Below, one piece after another: positions 9,827-18,709 of a DNA stretch of 64,000 nt. Under the pieces are notes generated by a model. The model searched no databases and was not told where the DNA came from. It saw nothing but the letters and a program-made list of their open reading frames with translations. The translations under genes were made by a program, and so were the position numbers. Each line of letters opens with the position of its first letter. Position 1 is the stretch's first letter. Where the stretch lies: positions 1 to 64,000 of the IMG/VR virus record IMGVR_UViG_3300037147_000124; one strand, written 5' to 3'. This DNA comes from an uncultured virus (IMG/VR IMGVR_UViG_3300037147_000124) (lineage: Duplodnaviria; Heunggongvirae; Uroviricota; Caudoviricetes).

Positions 9827-11116
9827 TTAGGAGACCGCCATTGGCGAGTTCCGAAGCTGTGTCGTTACAAACGCCACGGCTTCCTCACGCGTTTTGATCT
9901 TCTCTTCGAGCTGTTCGTCCTCGAGATTGTGCAGAACGAAGCCGAACGCAGGACTGGGCTTATAACCCAGGGCAATCAAGTCATCGCCGTTGAGCAGTAC
10001 CTTGGGATAAGTCCCAGGCAAACCCGCCGCGCTCATGAACTGATCCACACGATGAAATGCCCGTTGGCCCCCGGTGTAAGCCGGCCGCGCGAAGTAATCG
10101 TGCAGCGCCACCTGACGAATCAGGTCATAGTCCGCATCGCGGCGATAGCGCCGCTGTGCTGCCAGGTTCCAGTCCGGGATGCAGCTCCAAACCTGTGCCT
10201 TGGTGATGATGTTAGTGATCTGGGCAGCATCCGCCGTCGAGAACTTCAGACCCAGCAGCGCGTTCTTCCGTGCCGTGGTGCCGAGATCCAGGAACAGCAG
10301 AGACAATGCGATCAGGACGTGATCCTTGACGGCCTGACCGTAGGCGCTGGACCAGGAGATTGCAGGCATCTGGTTGAGGCGACGCAGAACCCTTCCGAAG
10401 TCGGTATCTAGCTCCGGCAGCAGGTAGTCCAGCAGGTTCGAGAGCAGAAGCAGTTCCAGGGCGCGTACGGCCCGGGGCTGGCTCAGCATCGCGATCAGCT
10501 CCTCGCGCTTCCGTTCTCCGCTGATCTCAGCGAGTAAGGGAGCATTGACGCGCATCGCGCCCCAGGTGGGCTCGTCAATCTGGAAGTCCAGCCGGGCGGC
10601 AAATCGGATTGCCCGGAGTAAACGCAGGGCGTCTTCTTCAAAGCGCCGGTTGGGATCCCCGATGCAGCGGATCTTCTTGTGCGCGATGTCCATGACTCCG
10701 CCGGTGAGATCCACCAGCTCACCGGTCTCGATGTCCAGGGCCAGGGCATTGATGGTGAAGTCCCGCCGCTGAACGTCCTCGGCCAGGGTCTTGCTGTAGA
10801 CCACAGCGTCAGGGTGACGGTGGTCAGAATAGGCGTCCTCGGCGCGGAAGGTGGCGACCTCGAAACTCTCCTCATTGATCGTGACGAGAACGACGCCAAA
10901 CTTAGCGCCTACGGGCTTGGAGCAATCTGGGAAGATTGCCATGACCTCGTCAGGCACTGCGTTGGTGACGATGTCATAGTCTTTGGGGAGATTGGCCAGG
11001 ATACGATCTCGAACGCAACCGCCGATCAGGTAGGCTTCTTTGCCGGCCTTGCGTAGGTGGTAGATCAGCTTCTCGACCGCGACCATACGGACGGTCGGTT
11101 GCATTCTGAGGATCAT
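9827..11116 (-). CDS. cca: CCA-adding tRNA nucleotidyltransferase (class II)
   Basis: GGCVRD, DYD, EVATFR, RRDFTINAL, EDALRLLRAIRF; flexible loop present; no poly(A) polymerase GRRF signature. Confidence 0.92.
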   Translation of the reverse strand: MILRMQPTVRMVAVEKLIYHLRKAGKEAYLIGGCVRDRILANLPKDYDIVTNAVPDEVMAIFPDCSKPVGAKFGVVLVTINEESFEVATFRAEDAYSDHRHPDAVVYSKTLAEDVQRRDFTINALALDIETGELVDLTGGVMDIAHKKIRCIGDPNRRFEEDALRLLRAIRFAARLDFQIDEPTWGAMRVNAPLLAEISGERKREELIAMLSQPRAVRALELLLLSNLLDYLLPELDTDFGRVLRRLNQMPAISWSSAYGQAVKDHVLIALSLLFLDLGTTARKNALLGLKFSTADAAQITNIITKAQVWSCIPDWNLAAQRRYRRDADYDLIRQVALHDYFARPAYTGGQRAFHRVDQFMSAAGLPGTYPKVLLNGDDLIALGYKPSPAFGFVLHNLEDEQLEEKIKTREEAVAFVTTQLRNSPMAVS

Positions 11117-11411
11117 GATTGTTTCACTTTCGGACGAGACATCATCGTTCGCCGGCAGGGACCGATGAACCAGGACCGGTCGAGTTTGTAGATCAACATG
11201 CCGTTTTCACGACAGCATAACTTACGCTCCACAATGGCTCCGTACCCGAGGCTTCGCGCGAGCCGCTTGGCTCGCTGAATCGTTCGGACTGTACGGAGAG
11301 GCGCGTTAGCGCCAGGTGAGAAGACGTCATAACGAAGGGAGCGTTTTGATTCTCTGGACAATTCAACTTCCCTAACTGGCGCCGGGGATTAGCCGACGCC
11401 TTGGATTTGAC

Positions 11412-12626
11412 CTACTCGAGGTCGGTATCGGAGCAGCGGACGGGAATGACCCGTACGCCATGTTCACGCCACATCTGAACCACACAGAGCCTGTCGTCAA
11501 TCGCAAATGCGATCTCCGCTTTGCAGGCCAGCATCTGTTCGAGGATCGTGGCTTTCACATCGACATCGGTGATGTGGGCCGGTTCTTTGCGCATGAACAA
11601 GTGGTCGAACGGCACCATGTGTTTGTCCAGCGACTCCAGGGTCTCGCGACCACAGCAGTTCATGTCGCGGCCGCTGACCAGGATGATCATGAAGCCCAGG
11701 GCACTGAGAGAGTGCAGCCAGTTCAGGATGATCTCGACCGGTTCGTCGTTGATGCACTCCTGCAGGAACTTGTAGTGATCCTTCTTGGCTTTGCCTGTGC
11801 CCTGGCAGATCCCGCATGGCATAGCGCCCGGGTCGTCCAATGCCTTCCCGGTGCCATAACATGGAGTGCAGATCCCGCTCACCAGGTGCTTCCGGTGATC
11901 CAGGTTGAACAGCGTGCCGTCGAGGTCACAGACCACAGCCGGATGGCCGCTCAGATCCAGGCGCCCGCTCAGAAGGTACTGCCGCTCGATCACCGGGCGG
12001 CCGACCTGTCTGCCTTCGAAGCGCATGGCGTCGCGGGCAATGCAATCCGCGATCGGGGTGTCGATGAACTTCACCTCGGCCTTGCGGAAGCACAGCTCTT
12101 CGGCGTAATCGAGCCACATCTGCCGGTGACCCGGGGTCAGGTTGGTGTCGTCGATGATGACATCCCTACCCTGTTCCCGCGCCGCACGGACAATGGCCTT
12201 CTCAGCCTCGATGATGAACTTCTCCTTCGAGGCAGCCCAACGAGGGATGGTCATCCGACGGATGTCGTCCCGGTTGATCCGGACCGCATGCCCGTTGTCC
12301 TGGATGTGCTTGAACGCAACCGTGGACTTGCCGCTCCCGGAAGGGCCGGACAGGATGGTCATTCGGCCAATTGGAGTCGTGCCGACCTTCAGGAAGATCG
12401 CCTTCTCTGCCTCATGTGTCAGCTCACCGCCAACCAGTCTAAGACCAGTCGCACCATCGGGTAACACGTGACGGATGCCTTCCGGCGTCATCACGTATTC
12501 GTACGCCCCGTAGGGCTCGCCGATGGCTTTTACGTCGAGGAACGTGCCGCCAAAGTAGTCCGGGATCTCGATCCGGCCGGTCTTGAATGTTGCTGGTCTC
12601 ATTACTCGTACCTCGTTGCTGTTCAT
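11412..12626 (-). CDS. polynucleotide 5'-kinase / 3'-phosphatase (T4 PseT-like)
   Basis: P-loop GPSGSGKST, INRDDIR, DDTNL; HAD motifs DLDGT, SGR, IDDR. Confidence 0.92.
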   Translation of the reverse strand: MNSNEVRVMRPATFKTGRIEIPDYFGGTFLDVKAIGEPYGAYEYVMTPEGIRHVLPDGATGLRLVGGELTHEAEKAIFLKVGTTPIGRMTILSGPSGSGKSTVAFKHIQDNGHAVRINRDDIRRMTIPRWAASKEKFIIEAEKAIVRAAREQGRDVIIDDTNLTPGHRQMWLDYAEELCFRKAEVKFIDTPIADCIARDAMRFEGRQVGRPVIERQYLLSGRLDLSGHPAVVCDLDGTLFNLDHRKHLVSGICTPCYGTGKALDDPGAMPCGICQGTGKAKKDHYKFLQECINDEPVEIILNWLHSLSALGFMIILVSGRDMNCCGRETLESLDKHMVPFDHLFMRKEPAHITDVDVKATILEQMLACKAEIAFAIDDRLCVVQMWREHGVRVIPVRCSDTDLE

Positions 12627-13351
12627 CGGGCCATCTGCATGTTCTTGGCGAAGTCGCCGCTGTGCGGGATGTCGTCAAAGATGATGGGAAACGTCGCCTT
12701 GAACTGATCCAGCAGACTGTTGCGCAGGATCTCGCCGCTCTCTGAGATCGCGTCGTTGTTGGTGACATCCAGCATCTTCGGATGGCACTGAGTCGTTGTC
12801 CTGGTCAGCAGGAAGTGACGCCAGGCCTGGAAGTTGCCGATGCAGGTGAGCAGACTGGCCGTCGCCCGCGGCAGAAGATCTGCCGCGATCTGAGGCTTGG
12901 CATCGGCCTTCAGCATGTCGAAGTAATAGGTCTCGGCATACGTCATGCCCATCGTCCAGATCTGATCCTGCAGCGTGGTCAGGTTGCGCGGCTTGATGAA
13001 GCCGACGCTGCTGCCGAACTTGTCCTTGACGTAATTGCAATAACGCTGCGACTCGTGCTGGAAGTCCAGCGTCTTGCCATGACGGGTGATCTCCTGGGCG
13101 ACGCCGCGGTCGACCATAAAGTCGACCACCACTGCCGAGAAGCGCAGCATGGACGTGTGCCGGCTGGCCAGCGCGTGCTGACCAACGAACTGCTTGTAGG
13201 AGTCCAGCGTGCTCGCGCCTTCGGAGCGATAGCACTTGCGGCCCGTCTCTTCGATGAAACGAACAGCTTGAACGCCTGCGTCTGCTTCGGCGGGGAACGA
13301 TTCTTCGCCCATGAAGCGAATGATCTTCGCGTAGGGAGTGACAATATGCAT
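12623..13351 (-). CDS. thyX: FAD-dependent thymidylate synthase
   Basis: GRKCY, HTSML, DRGVAQEITRH, ESQRY, NFQAWRHF. Confidence 0.88.
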   Translation of the reverse strand: MHIVTPYAKIIRFMGEESFPAEADAGVQAVRFIEETGRKCYRSEGASTLDSYKQFVGQHALASRHTSMLRFSAVVVDFMVDRGVAQEITRHGKTLDFQHESQRYCNYVKDKFGSSVGFIKPRNLTTLQDQIWTMGMTYAETYYFDMLKADAKPQIAADLLPRATASLLTCIGNFQAWRHFLLTRTTTQCHPKMLDVTNNDAISESGEILRNSLLDQFKATFPIIFDDIPHSGDFAKNMQMAR

Positions 13352-13385
13352 GTGTTTACCTTAGAAACTTAGGAGGGATTTGGGA

Positions 13386-13403
13386 CTAGGGTGAACTACT
13401 TAG
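13386..13403 (-). promoter_or_regulatory. class I motif copy (CTAAGTAGTTCACCCTAG)
   Basis: 18-bp recurring motif, upstream of thyX. Confidence 0.65.
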
Positions 13404-13954
13404 GCAGCTGCCAGGATGGCCTTCTGCTTGTCGCTGTAGAAAGCGATCAGCTTCTGCATGACATCCTGTGCAGACTGGACCGTCAGGGTGCCTTTGCTGT
13501 GGACTCCGATTGGAGTGCCGATGCCACGGCAGATCCGAATTCCCTGCCCTGTTCCGCCGCCGCCGTCGCGGCCGGGCAGAGCCAGGCACGCTGTCGCGCC
13601 GTCCACGATCCCATAGTTGCGGGCATGCAAGGCAAAGGGGCCGCGCGACAAAGCCGCAGGATTGGGATGGTACTTGGTGACCGACTCAGTCCAGAGCGGA
13701 TGGTGCTTCGGGTCATAGACCGTGCAGGCCGCCAGCGACGGAATCTTGTTCCGGTTGTAGCTGCCCCAGGGAAGAAATACGTCCAGCAGTCCGGGCTTGG
13801 CGCCCATCATGGCCAGGTAATCGATGCCGTCGGCACCGCCGGTACGGATCCTGACGCCTAACTGCGTGCTCAACGTCCAGGCAACCTCCTGGGCCAGGTC
13901 GATCTGAAACAAGTCCGGTTCGCGCGTGCCAATGATTGCCAGGCTCAGGTCCAT
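13400..13954 (-). CDS. SLOG/DprA-like nucleotide-binding protein
   Basis: IIGTR, TGGADGID, FLPW, HARN, GGTG. Confidence 0.8.
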   Translation of the reverse strand: MDLSLAIIGTREPDLFQIDLAQEVAWTLSTQLGVRIRTGGADGIDYLAMMGAKPGLLDVFLPWGSYNRNKIPSLAACTVYDPKHHPLWTESVTKYHPNPAALSRGPFALHARNYGIVDGATACLALPGRDGGGGTGQGIRICRGIGTPIGVHSKGTLTVQSAQDVMQKLIAFYSDKQKAILAAA

Positions 13955-14202
13955 CAGTCTTCGTCCTCGTCTTCTTCGTCCAATGGAGAATCAGGCAGGT
14001 CCAGGAAGGTGGTATCCGCCCCGAGAGCCTCACAGATCTTCGTGGCTTCTGCTGTCGTACAACCATCTTCGAAACGTACGACCTCGTCGTTCTCGCCCAT
14101 GACTTCGAACTGTTCCACCAGGCATGGGCCGCCGTCGGTTGTCCCGACCGCGCGTGCCAGGACGTCGCCCCAGGCGAAGTATTTCCCCTTCTCAACTTGC
14201 AC
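13954..14202 (-). CDS. small acidic protein
   Basis: AAGGAG RBS. Confidence 0.6.
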   Translation of the reverse strand: MQVEKGKYFAWGDVLARAVGTTDGGPCLVEQFEVMGENDEVVRFEDGCTTAEATKICEALGADTTFLDLPDSPLDEEDEDED

Positions 14203-14425
14203 GGTTACTCCTTTGCTATCCCGATCGCCCCAACCTCAGCGATTCCATGGTGAAACACCAGGCGTGGTTGCTCTTGCACACGTTTACAGCCCCAGCCGTT
14301 GTTGCACTTGTGATCGCAGCCGCTGCACTTCCGAAGCCAATACAACAGCCAGACCATGAACGCCAGGTACAACCCGGCGCCCACAGTCAGCAGAGATTTG
14401 GCCAGTAACACGAAGGTGTCCATGG

Positions 14426-14821
14426 CTACAGAACATCGGCGCGTGCCGGATTGTCCTCGTCGTCGTCATCGTCATCGTCTTCCGGCTCGGCTGCTTCATC
14501 CTCGATGATGGTGAACTCGCGGCAGCCAATCCCGGTGACCTTACGAAAGGCATCGTCGAGACTGTCCATCGTGGCCTGGGTGTTGCTGTCGTCTGCGATG
14601 ACGTTGCCGTTCAGCAGCATCTGGCAGTCGTTGAAAGCATGCTCGACCGCGTCGAGCAGGATGTCCAGTTTCTTCAACCGGGGCACACCAGCCAGCAGCG
14701 TCTCGGCATCAAAGCCGACGATCGTTGCACCTTGCGAGTCTTCAACCCACTGGATGATCTCCTCAGCCAGCTTGTCCGAGATGGTCCGGGGCTCCGGGGT
14801 AGTGATTTCCAACTTCGACAT
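14426..14821 (-). CDS. acidic hypothetical protein
   Basis: GAGGAG RBS; poly-Asp tail. Confidence 0.7.
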   Translation of the reverse strand: MSKLEITTPEPRTISDKLAEEIIQWVEDSQGATIVGFDAETLLAGVPRLKKLDILLDAVEHAFNDCQMLLNGNVIADDSNTQATMDSLDDAFRKVTGIGCREFTIIEDEAAEPEDDDDDDDEDNPARADVL

Positions 14822-14832
14822 TCCGTTTCTCC

Positions 14833-15225
14833 TCAGGGCTTTTCAACCCAGCTCTTCAAACCCCACGGCGCCCACTCTGGGTCGAACTCGCAGTTATTTG
14901 GCGCGCCCTCAAACATGGGCGCAATCTGCTCATTCTTATACCCGGCAAGTCCACAACCAATGCGCGTGATGGCGTAGGTGTCATACGGGCTTTGCCGCGC
15001 CTCGTCCAGCATTACCCGAATGGAAGCCGCGATCACCGGCAGTGGCAGGATAGGATATTTCTCCCGCAATGCCTCGTTGCGTGCACCCTTGGTGGGAATC
15101 GCATACGACTGGCCCTGAAAGCCAGATGGGTTGTGCTGCCGGGCACCATAGTGCTCCTTGGCGTAAAGCGCTGCGCCCTTACCATGGTGGCCACTCAGGT
15201 TCGAGCCGAAGACAATGATCTTCAT
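14833..15225 (-). CDS. macro-like phage protein (A1S_2505-type family)
   Basis: VFGSNLSGHHGKGAA, SYAIPTK, TRIGCGLAG. Confidence 0.75.
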   Translation of the reverse strand: MKIIVFGSNLSGHHGKGAALYAKEHYGARQHNPSGFQGQSYAIPTKGARNEALREKYPILPLPVIAASIRVMLDEARQSPYDTYAITRIGCGLAGYKNEQIAPMFEGAPNNCEFDPEWAPWGLKSWVEKP

Positions 15226-15801
15226 GAAGCAATCTCCTCAGTTACGGTGACGGTCGTAACCCTCACCAAGCGCTTGGGCAAAGAGTCCTCGCGCTTCCAG
15301 CGTTTCAGCCACAAGTGACCTTCCTTCAAGGTCTCCGGCCGATCGCGCAGCAGTTCCATTGGACCGTTCGACGTGATCACCTGGATCTCAAGGTGCTCCT
15401 TCAGTTCAATCTTCGGATTCACTGATCCTCCTTGGGGCGATCTTCAGCTTGGCACGCTGTCTTACCACCGACTGCTCATGCGCAGCCTGTGCTGCTGCCG
15501 CTGTACGTGCCGCTCTACAGTCCGGACAGGGTTGCCACTTGTCGTGCTTCCGACAACGCTCTTCTTCATCGCGTGAGTAAAGTCCATACATTCAGCGCAC
15601 TCTCGCATATTGCCCGCAACCAGGACAGTAGACGCCGGTCCAATCAGTCAACGCGGTCTTGAAATGGACCTGGGCGCCGCAGCACGGTGTTGCTGTCTCA
15701 TAGGGAACGGATTTAGGCACAAGTGCAGCTTCAACAACCAGGTTCAATAGGGTCACGATGTTCTCTTTCTGCACAGTAAAGCCGCGACCATGGCCGCGGC
15801 G

Positions 15802-15819
15802 ATAAGGGGAACCACTTAG
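15802..15819 (-). promoter_or_regulatory. class I motif copy (CTAAGTGGTTCCCCTTAT)
   Basis: Near-consensus; intergenic. Confidence 0.55.
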
Positions 15820-16224
15820 ACTGGGCTAGCGCAGACCGATGAGGAACGGCATTCGAGCCTCAGCATCAGCCTTAGTGCGCGACGTAGTCGCCTCCATGGC
15901 GCGGCCATTGTCATCCAGCAACATGTACCGATAGCTCGGCATGTACTCGCTGGTGAGAGCTGAAAGGTTGAGGGCCGCTCGCTGGGTCGACCCTTTCGGA
16001 TGGTTCAGCGCTTCAAACGTGCGCCTCACTGCCATCATGATGTAGCCACCATTTCCTCTTCTGCCGGAGCACTAGCCCCGCTTCGTGATCGCTTTCCCGA
16101 TGATCAGCACGGCAATGATGGCTACCGGGATGCTGATGACCGACGCAGCGCACATTAGGGCAGGAATGATGATCCAACCCAGGCACACAAGGACGATGAA
16201 TCCCAGGAAAACCCTGCCCATGCT

Positions 16225-17193
16225 TCACCTCTCTGTGAGTACCTGGCGATGCGCAGTGCGTGCGCACTTCACCACCAGGCCTCCGAATTTGACTACGACA
16301 TACTTCGACGCCAGCGAACCAGGCACGCCCATCTGGAAGATGCGCGGACTGGGATCCGAGAGCCAGTGATACTCGATCAGGTCTTCGGTCACGATGTAAG
16401 CCGGCAGGATTGCCGAACCAGAGCCAGGCGTTCCGGTATAAGACAGCGTCCAATCCGGAATCAAAGGCAGCTTACCCGCCTGCGTTGTCAGAACCTTGAC
16501 GCTAAAACCTGACTCCAGCTGCACGGGCTCGAGGACGACATTCAACTCCGTCTTCAGCTCCCGGTCGATCAGATCGAGCAGGACCGGGTTGCCGTAGATA
16601 GCCGTCGGCCGCGTGCCCATTGATGCCCCGTTTGCCATCATCTCCGCCACAGCATGCTTGATGCCGTCGACGATGCCCTGGGTCGTTCCGATGGTGGTCG
16701 TATTGCCGCCAGCTGCAATCTGCGCGGCCGCCCCGTAATACTCGGCAGTGGTAGGCGCGGTGAGACTGGTGTCGCTGCCGTTCCAGAGAGCAACGTCATG
16801 CGTGCGCATGACTCCGTCGACCGTATCAGCCAGGTCCTTGGCCTGCAGATACGCGAATTGGGATTGCTGCTTGCCCAGCTCCATATCGAACAGGTTGTAG
16901 TTGATCTCGGCCACTATTGCCTTCAAAGGCACCGACCGCTCCCGGCGAGCCGGGTTGTACCGCACGCGGCCAATACCCGGCATCCCTTCTTTATTGGCCG
17001 GGATGTCTTCATACGGGGTGTCCTCGAAGAAACGCGAGGGATGCCCCGTAGCCGGCACACACTTGATCCTCTGACCGAACATGCCGCGGCGGCGGACGAT
17101 GTCGGTGATCTCCGACTGATACAGTGGGACTTCGATGGCGCCAGGCCCGATGTACTCGGCCGCTGCGTGGATCTCGATGAACTTTCCTTGCAT
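16225..17193 (-). CDS. major capsid-like protein (orphan; HK97-type fold suspected)
   Basis: 322 aa; segments AAAEYIGPGAIEV, PATGHPSRFFE, RPTAIYGNP and TQAGKLPLIPD resemble temperate-phage major capsid proteins (recognised from memory, not searched). Confidence 0.7.
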   Translation of the reverse strand: MQGKFIEIHAAAEYIGPGAIEVPLYQSEITDIVRRRGMFGQRIKCVPATGHPSRFFEDTPYEDIPANKEGMPGIGRVRYNPARRERSVPLKAIVAEINYNLFDMELGKQQSQFAYLQAKDLADTVDGVMRTHDVALWNGSDTSLTAPTTAEYYGAAAQIAAGGNTTTIGTTQGIVDGIKHAVAEMMANGASMGTRPTAIYGNPVLLDLIDRELKTELNVVLEPVQLESGFSVKVLTTQAGKLPLIPDWTLSYTGTPGSGSAILPAYIVTEDLIEYHWLSDPSPRIFQMGVPGSLASKYVVVKFGGLVVKCARTAHRQVLTER

Positions 17194-17205
17194 GACTGCT
17201 CCCTG

Positions 17206-17418
17206 TTACGTGTGGAATCCTGTTGTGCGGCTGTTCTCTACTTTGACCAGGCGCGTCTCCTCGATCCACACGCTGCCGATGATGACACCGTCGGTGGAAA
17301 GGGTCTGCGGATGGATACGGATCTGGGTAGCTTCGTGCAGCGCGGTCATGCGTGCGAGCGCGACGCCCTGAAAGCTGGTGACTGTGTCCTTTACGACGTC
17401 GCCGAATTCGATTGTCAT
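17206..17418 (-). CDS. small SH3-like phage protein
   Basis: GDVVKDTVTSFQG pattern. Confidence 0.6.
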   Translation of the reverse strand: MTIEFGDVVKDTVTSFQGVALARMTALHEATQIRIHPQTLSTDGVIIGSVWIEETRLVKVENSRTTGFHT

Positions 17419-17430
17419 GCGTCTACTTCC

Positions 17431-18123
17431 CTACGTTCTGTGACGAAAAGACTGCTTCAGATCGAAGCCGGCTTTCACTATACGTTCCTTCTCACTGAGC
17501 ACAGCAGGAGGGTTGATGTCCGGAGTGTTGTGCATCAGGATGCCCATGAAGTAGGACAAGTCCTGGTACATGGCCTCGGGGCGCACAATCGAAGCCATGC
17601 CCAGATCCTTGAGGATCGGGCACTGACCAGCGATGCGAACCGTTGCATGGTCTCCCTTGAGGTTCCAGCTGATGCTTTCGATCAGGAAGACAGGCGCTTT
17701 GGCCAGCCGAGAAAGCTCAATCAGGAACGGATGCTCCGTGCGGCACTCGATGCCGAATGATGTGGCCCTACTGGACCATGGATTCAACTTGAACAGCTCA
17801 TCAGTCTCATCCGCGAGAACGAAACCCTCAGTTGCCGATTGGCAACTATCAGCCGGCCGGGAAACCAGGTAGAGCTTGCCAGCAGCCACCAGGTAGGCCA
17901 CCTGAATGTCAGCCTGACGCTGAGCATACCGGTGGTTGAATGACGTAGGCGAGATCAGCGGACACTTGCTGACTTCGACCGTCAGATGGCTCTCGATGAA
18001 ACCACCATCCAGAGTGCCCAAGGGAGCGAGACGAGTCCTCGCATACACCACCCTCGGATCGCCGCCGCCGTACATGCCGGCGACGTAGTCGTAGTAGTCC
18101 TTGAACTTCGATTTGATGATCAT
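17431..18123 (-). CDS. hypothetical phage protein
   Basis: N-terminus MIIKSKFKDYYD; C-terminus GFDLKQSFR. Confidence 0.75.
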   Translation of the reverse strand: MIIKSKFKDYYDYVAGMYGGGDPRVVYARTRLAPLGTLDGGFIESHLTVEVSKCPLISPTSFNHRYAQRQADIQVAYLVAAGKLYLVSRPADSCQSATEGFVLADETDELFKLNPWSSRATSFGIECRTEHPFLIELSRLAKAPVFLIESISWNLKGDHATVRIAGQCPILKDLGMASIVRPEAMYQDLSYFMGILMHNTPDINPPAVLSEKERIVKAGFDLKQSFRHRT

Positions 18124-18485
18124 GGGCGGAACTCGATGCCTTCCGACTCAGCCCAGGCTTTGGCCTCCGGATGCGCTGCCTCTGACGTCGCGAAGCTCCC
18201 GAAGCCCGAGTTCCAAGGTGTATGGCAACCACACTCCTCGTCCCAGGTCAGCAACACGGCAAAGTAGCCGCGCATGCCGTGGGTGATGGACACGTAGGCA
18301 CGCTTGTCCTCGGCTTCGACCTCGACTGCAGGTCGAACCGAAGCGCGTTCCCGCGCGATCTGAGCGGCATACTGCTCGCCGGTTTCCGGTAGCAACTGAC
18401 CATTGCCGTTGCAGAAGTTCCCGTCCACGTCTCTCATCGATCTCTCCAATCCGATATCCACATGCGAACCCGAAGCCACGCCCAT
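18120..18485 (-). CDS. hypothetical protein
   Basis: tiled ORF. Confidence 0.55.
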   Translation of the reverse strand: MGVASGSHVDIGLERSMRDVDGNFCNGNGQLLPETGEQYAAQIARERASVRPAVEVEAEDKRAYVSITHGMRGYFAVLLTWDEECGCHTPWNSGFGSFATSEAAHPEAKAWAESEGIEFRP

Positions 18486-18709
18486 TCGAACCAGCCAGGC
18501 TCGTAAGGTACTTCCCAGCCATCCTGCGCCAGTAGCTGCGGGCGCCAGGACTCTTCCACATCTTCGAACCAGGGATCGCCGGTTGGATCATCGCTGATCA
18601 CGTGACGCAGCATTGTTCCGTTGGCCTCGTTGTACATAATCAGGCCGCGAGCGTCGTGGGTAATGACCGTGCCGCCCTTAGCGGCAGCCACGGCCTGAGC
18701 AGCGTTCAT
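18434..18709 (-). CDS. hypothetical protein
   Basis: TGATG coupling to the ligase gene. Confidence 0.6.
   Translation of the reverse strand: MNAAQAVAAAKGGTVITHDARGLIMYNEANGTMLRHVISDDPTGDPWFEDVEESWRPQLLAQDGWEVPYEPGWFEWAWLRVRMWISDWRDR

Noticed and set aside
9827..11116. Poly(A) polymerase call
   Set aside because: Lacks the PAP-specific G(R/K)(R/K)F motif (reads VGAKFG).
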